Source: the human T2T-CHM13v2.0 reference genome, Homo sapiens
Reading direction: 5' to 3' (one strand)
Length of the DNA: 64,000 nt
Assembly (NCBI RefSeq): GCF_009914755.1
Contig: NC_060931.1
Positions 59,205 through 64,000 of this stretch are shown here, piece by piece (positions within the stretch are counted from its first letter, which is position 1; the number at the start of each line of letters is the position of its first letter). The notes below the pieces were generated by a model that saw only the letters and a program-made list of their open reading frames with translations, ran no database searches and was not told where the DNA came from. The translations under genes and the position numbers were made by a program.

Positions 59205-59435
59205 CTAGTCTAACCATAATAAGAATATTAGAAAGACCAAATTGAGATCTGTGCTACTAAATGCCTGACCAATACTCCTCAAAACTGTCAAGATCATGAT
59301 CAAGAAGAAAAGAACTGTCACAGACCAGAGGAGTCTGAGGAGCCATATGACTAAATGTAATGTGGTATCCCGAATGGGACCTTGGATCAGAAAAAGGACA
59401 TTAGTGGAAAAATTGAATAAAGTCTAGAGTTTAAA
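59205..59435 (+). mobile_element. L1MC3/4-like 3'UTR fragment
   Basis: tactcctcaaaactgtcaagatcatga...actaaatgtaatgtggtatcc...cagaaaaaggacattagtggaaaa. Confidence 0.7.
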
Positions 59436-60374
59436 TGTAATATAACTAAACAAACTAACAGAAATCTGCAAAGTGTCATAGAAATATATAATGTAAATGA
59501 ACTAAATAGTGAGAAAGTAGAAATCTAAATATATATTTTATTTACCATCTCTTAAATGGTGATTTTTTGGTCATACACTAATTAGATAAAATATTACAAA
59601 AATAAAGTTTATTGCCACTATTGTTAATAAGCGTGGAACTTCATAGTTCTGGCATACTGATATTTTTCTTTATGGCCTCAGTGGATCCCTAAGGTCAATT
59701 CAAAGCAAAATTAAGACGTGGGATATCCATATCCTAAGGCTATTTATACCATTCTTTTGCTAACATAGGTCAGGCAGTGGTCAGAAGATTATAAGATGTC
59801 GTCCTCTAATGTGAGCTTCTGATACTTAAGAGATCACTGGAGAATCCACAAGTTTAAAGATTCTCTTCCAGAATGTTTAATGTGCTTTCTAAAGGTGAGC
59901 TCAAAGATTTACCTGCAAAGGGGATAAAGATCAGGCCCAGGGTCCTGCAGCAGCCAGCATGACACTATTAACATCAAATGCAAGACATTCCTTATACTGC
60001 TTTAATTATCAATGCTAATAGAAGCAGCACAGGGCAATAAATATAGGAATTAAAAGGCAAAGGAAAGCTAGTTTTCATGTTTCATTTTTAAACCATTATA
60101 TTCCTATTTAAGTGTCCTTGCATGTTCTTTCAGACTAGGTCCTGTTATATTCTACAAAACTCTTACTGAAGCAAAGAAAAGAGGCAGAAGAGGACTAGGT
60201 TTTAACTTTTTTTTAATCTTCAATTATTTACTGTCAGCCCTCACAGTAAAAGATCACAAGCTGTGGATACACTGCTCTTCTTTGCCTTGAGATGATAAGG
60301 ATGTTATCTGATTTTTGAACTGCTATTCATCCACTTGAGAGCATATATATATGACATTGTATTTACAACACAGT

Positions 60375-60535
60375 TTCAGACACATTGTTTTACTCACAAC
60401 AAGCCACCCCAAGAGTTAGAAAGGATAGAAATTACTATTTCCTCTATACAGATGAAAAAATTGAAGTTCAGATAGATAAAGTGGGTTGACTACCAATGGA
60501 TTTGAATTAGGGTATTTTGACCACTAATCCAATAC
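60375..60535 (-). mobile_element. MIR fragment
   Basis: ctcacaacaa...ctatacagatgaaaaaattgaagttcagatagataaagtg. Confidence 0.55.
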
Positions 60536-61269
60536 TGCTTTGTAAGTAAATGTGCCTTTAGCTTGCTTCTGCTTCCCGTTTGCGTCCCACAGCCACACGC
60601 AGTAGGGACTACATGTCATTGCTGGCCGCTGGCTACTGAGGTTCCCCAAAAGTCCAGGCCTTCCTGCTACCATTGCTGACTATGTAAGACCTAACACTCT
60701 TCCCTCTTTCCTGAATAAAACTTCAAAATCCTGATCAAGCTTTGTTCTTCTTGCGAAGCGTCTGATTTGTCCCAGGTAGGGCCAAATTCATGGATGGATA
60801 ACAAGCGCCATTTGGCCCTGGCCTTCACACAAAGGGACTCAACTTTAGACTTCAACCATGTCTCTGAATGAGGCTATATGGACAATCACAGAGATACTCA
60901 CAATAGAATTTAAACTTGTGTCCAATCTTCAACCACACAACCTACATATACTATACCAACACCTGCGTATCTTCATAAATTCTATAATTACCATTTGAAC
61001 AATGCATTATATTTTTAAGTGTGAATTTGTTTAAAATAAACATTTAAAATTCACCACCATTTTTGAATCTCTATTTCTACATTACTTCATATTTTTATTT
61101 TTAGTAAACACAGAGTTTCAACATATGTAATCGCCATGGCTTATTTCAAATTCTATGAAGCACCCCTTTCAGGGAGATCTATATTCTCCTAAATGGGAGG
61201 ATGAACAAACAATGGGTAAATGGAGATGCAGAAATTTACACACAGCATGCTCTAAGTGACTTAACACCC

Positions 61270-61409
61270 TTTTTCCCTTTTTTTTTTTTTTTTTGGAGTC
61301 AGTCTTGCTATGGTGCCCAGGTTGGTCTTGAACTCCTGGTTTCAAGTGATCCTTCCATCTCGCCTTTCCAAAATGGTGGGATTACAGGCATGAGCAACTG
61401 CACCCGGCC
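61270..61409 (-). mobile_element. FLAM_C-like Alu monomer
   Basis: poly-T then gtcttgctatggtgcccagg...ggattacaggcatgagcaactgcacccggcc; TSD-like actta(a/c)cacc at 61259-61268 and 61411-61420. Confidence 0.88.
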
Positions 61410-61942
61410 TACTTACCACCTTTTAAAATAAAGAGCTAAGATAGCCAGTAACCCCTCTAATAAACATATTGTTTTTAAAGAAATCATGACAGGAAATGAA
61501 CAACGCATTTTGAGATGAGGCTGGTTGGTTAGTTCAGAGAACTAACATTTCTCAATTTCAGATATGAGGGAGCCAAATATAACTTGCTTAAAGAAAATGG
61601 AAAACAAGAAACAAAAAAGTAGAGTTAATAAAGTGACCTAACAGAAGAGGAGCAAGGTCAGGCTCAGACTTTAGAACAATTCAGACAACTATTTCGCATT
61701 TAAAATAATCCGAATACTTTTCTGACCCTTCCCAAAGACCCCCTCCTCAGCCAATTCGTCACTATTCAGCAGCCATGCTTTGTTCCTGTCAACCCAATCT
61801 CTGGGTGGTCCCAACTATTTTTTCTTATCTATCTTATGCCCCCATCCCTTCCAGTTTGTGTCATCTCCTAATGAATCCCTTAAGACTCTTTTTCATGCAT
61901 GGAATTTCTCTCAGAAGGAAAAGCACTTTACTTATTTCATCC

Positions 61943-62085
61943 TAACAAACTCATAATTATGTGTGCAAATATGTATACAATTATGTGTACAAAATTACTG
62001 TGTAACAAATTCACAATTATGTGTGCAATTATATGTACAACTATTTGTACAGAATTATGTATACAATTACTCACAATTATGTGTA
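61943..62085. repeat. Minisatellite, 12-bp unit in 60-bp higher-order repeat
   Basis: Unit approx. caattatgtgta; tca(c/t)aattatgtgt recurs at 61951, 62011 and 62071. Confidence 0.9.
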
Positions 62086-62568
62086 GAGAAAACTATCATG
62101 GCAGCCCCAAGACATGCCTAAAAAACAACAACAAAATAAAAACGGTAATAACTGTATTCTAGGGATTGATATGTGTTTTATACAGGAAATTATGTTTCCA
62201 CTTCTACTATCTGCCCTTTTATATCTAACACTGCTTTTCTTATTGGAAACCCGTTTCTCTGAAAATCAGCTACTATAGCTATCACAGGCTGAGATTTAAT
62301 TTGCATTGATCATGAATAAAGGCACATTTCCCTTCCCTCCCACTGTTTTTAACTGCAAACAATGTACTGTTTTCAACTCTAAGTAATTTGTTTTTCTCTT
62401 CTTAATGAAGAAGTCATATTAACTCTTCTGATTTGAAGGTTTTCCTTCTTGAGGAGCAACAGAAATGAAAATTGACCCCAGTCCTCAGGCCTAAGGGCAA
62501 AAATAAATACAAGTGCCTGGAACCAAATCCAATGGCCCTACAAGGAACAAGTGTACTTTCTTGTACAC

Positions 62569-62631
62569 CTCTCTCTCATATTATCTATCTCTCTCTTTGT
62601 CTTTCTCTCTCTCTATCTTTCTCTCAGTCTC
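62569..62631. repeat. Degenerate (CT)n/(CTAT) low-complexity tract
   Basis: Read directly. Confidence 0.8.
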
Positions 62632-64000
62632 GTTTTCACATGATTCAGTTTGTGGGGAAAGACAATATGCTTCATTTAGGCAGATTTCACTGTTCTTTTC
62701 ATCTAAGAGGCTGGCAGAGAAGGTCAAAATCTAAGAGGACAAGATGGTATAGTTATATGTGGCCAATGGTAATACATGCTGTATAGGCCAAATAGAAATT
62801 TTTCTAATGATTGGCAAGACTGATTTAGTAAGCCAAACTCCCCCTAGTGCCTGGATAGAAGCTCATGAGAGCCTCATGGAAGCAACCAGGAAATAATTCT
62901 CCTCTTTTCAGTGATGAGGAAATTAATGTCCAAGAAGATTTACAACTCAAACAGGAATCTGTACTCCCAGTTCAGTTTTCCATCTCTTGAGTTAACCTGC
63001 CATCAGTCAAGAAGCCACCATTCTAAGAATGAATTTAAATATGCAGAATATCCAAAATCACTCCGAGTGATTGTTGGTTTAGATCATTACCATATATCAT
63101 TACACAATATTTACTGATGACAGAAAACAGAAAAGGCAGAGAAACCAAAATACCAGCCAAACAAAAGAAGGACATGCAGTCAGTGATTGCATTCTCACCT
63201 CATATTTAGATGCTCAGAAGCTCAGCAATAAGCAAGCATGCACCTTAGGCTAGAAGCAGTAGCAACAACACACATTTACAAATTATGAAAAGAGCAAAAT
63301 GCTCAGTCTGCACTGTTCAGCACAAAGAATTCCCAAAAGCTTCAGAGACATGTCCTTTTAATGAGAAACAATAGTTTTCAACCAGATGCTCCTCATCATT
63401 AAGAACACTTTAGCACCAGAAACAGGCACAAAAGGGGGCTACAAACCTAGCACTTTCAAAATAAAGACCTCTGTGGACAAGTGCACCTATTAATATAAAT
63501 GATTTTGAACAGATTCAGCTTCTGCTCCAAGTCTATCAATTAACAGGAATAAAAATTATATTTCTATGCCATTCCATGAAAAAACAAGACATGAGGCATA
63601 TCTGGAGACACCTAATTTTCTAACTGGGATCATATCTGTTGCATGACTATTAAAACAAAAAATATTCCCTTGAAAATACTGACACCTCTTAGCTTGATTT
63701 TACACTAGAGATAAAACGGCTAACATTCTTCAGATTTGCGGCTATTTTACTATTGAACAGGAGTAGCATAAATATGATTCCATTTAATAATAGAAATGAG
63801 AACATGAGCTTCCTAGTAAAGTTGCCATGAAAGAAACCTGAGTAAATGAACTAATAATACCACACTGTACTGATAGTTTTTCTCTCTTCATATTGTCTTC
63901 AAGAAATGGCAGTTTAATTGATACTTACCTATGAAATTGAAATCAAAATAAGTGTAATAATAATAAAGTATCATCTATCTACAATAATATCAAGGAATTT

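Noticed and set aside
61899-62162. Cys-periodic 87-aa ORF as a metal-binding peptide
   Set aside because: Periodicity is a direct product of the 12-bp minisatellite

Overview
AT-rich, CpG-poor, repeat-dense primate genomic DNA, most likely human (AluY, L1PA and THE1 are present), intergenic or deep intronic. I found no recognisable host protein-coding exon, tRNA, rRNA, CRISPR array or CpG island. Every long ORF with recognisable homology is a decayed LINE-1 ORF1/ORF2 or Tigger transposase fragment. About 30% of the window is three full-length but dead LINE-1s: L1PA8A-like (-) 9053-15432, L1PB1 (+) 26807-33429 and L1PA7-like (+) 38189-44607. The rest includes Alus/FLAMs, MIRs, L2s, old L1M pieces, LTRs (THE1, MLT1E, LTR16) and DNA transposons (Tigger3, MER2, MER44A, MER5A, MER53, MER104, Charlie4-like, Zaphod/MER115-like). 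Family names come from my recall of consensus sequences, not from a RepeatMasker run. I cannot support a previously undescribed biological system here. The most unusual structures seen directly are: (1) a 206-bp, 99%-identical templated copy of unique DNA inserted 1.5 kb away into a THE1 LTR, replacing a G-tract, with junction microhomology; (2) a triplicated 52-59-bp unit carrying three TCF/LEF cores next to an L1 promoter; (3) a well-formed 108-nt candidate exon on the minus strand; (4) a three-tier L2>MER5A>L1PA nest; (5) an inverted Alu pair; and (6) several enhancer-like motif clusters (RFX X-box, E-box/NFI, CTCF).
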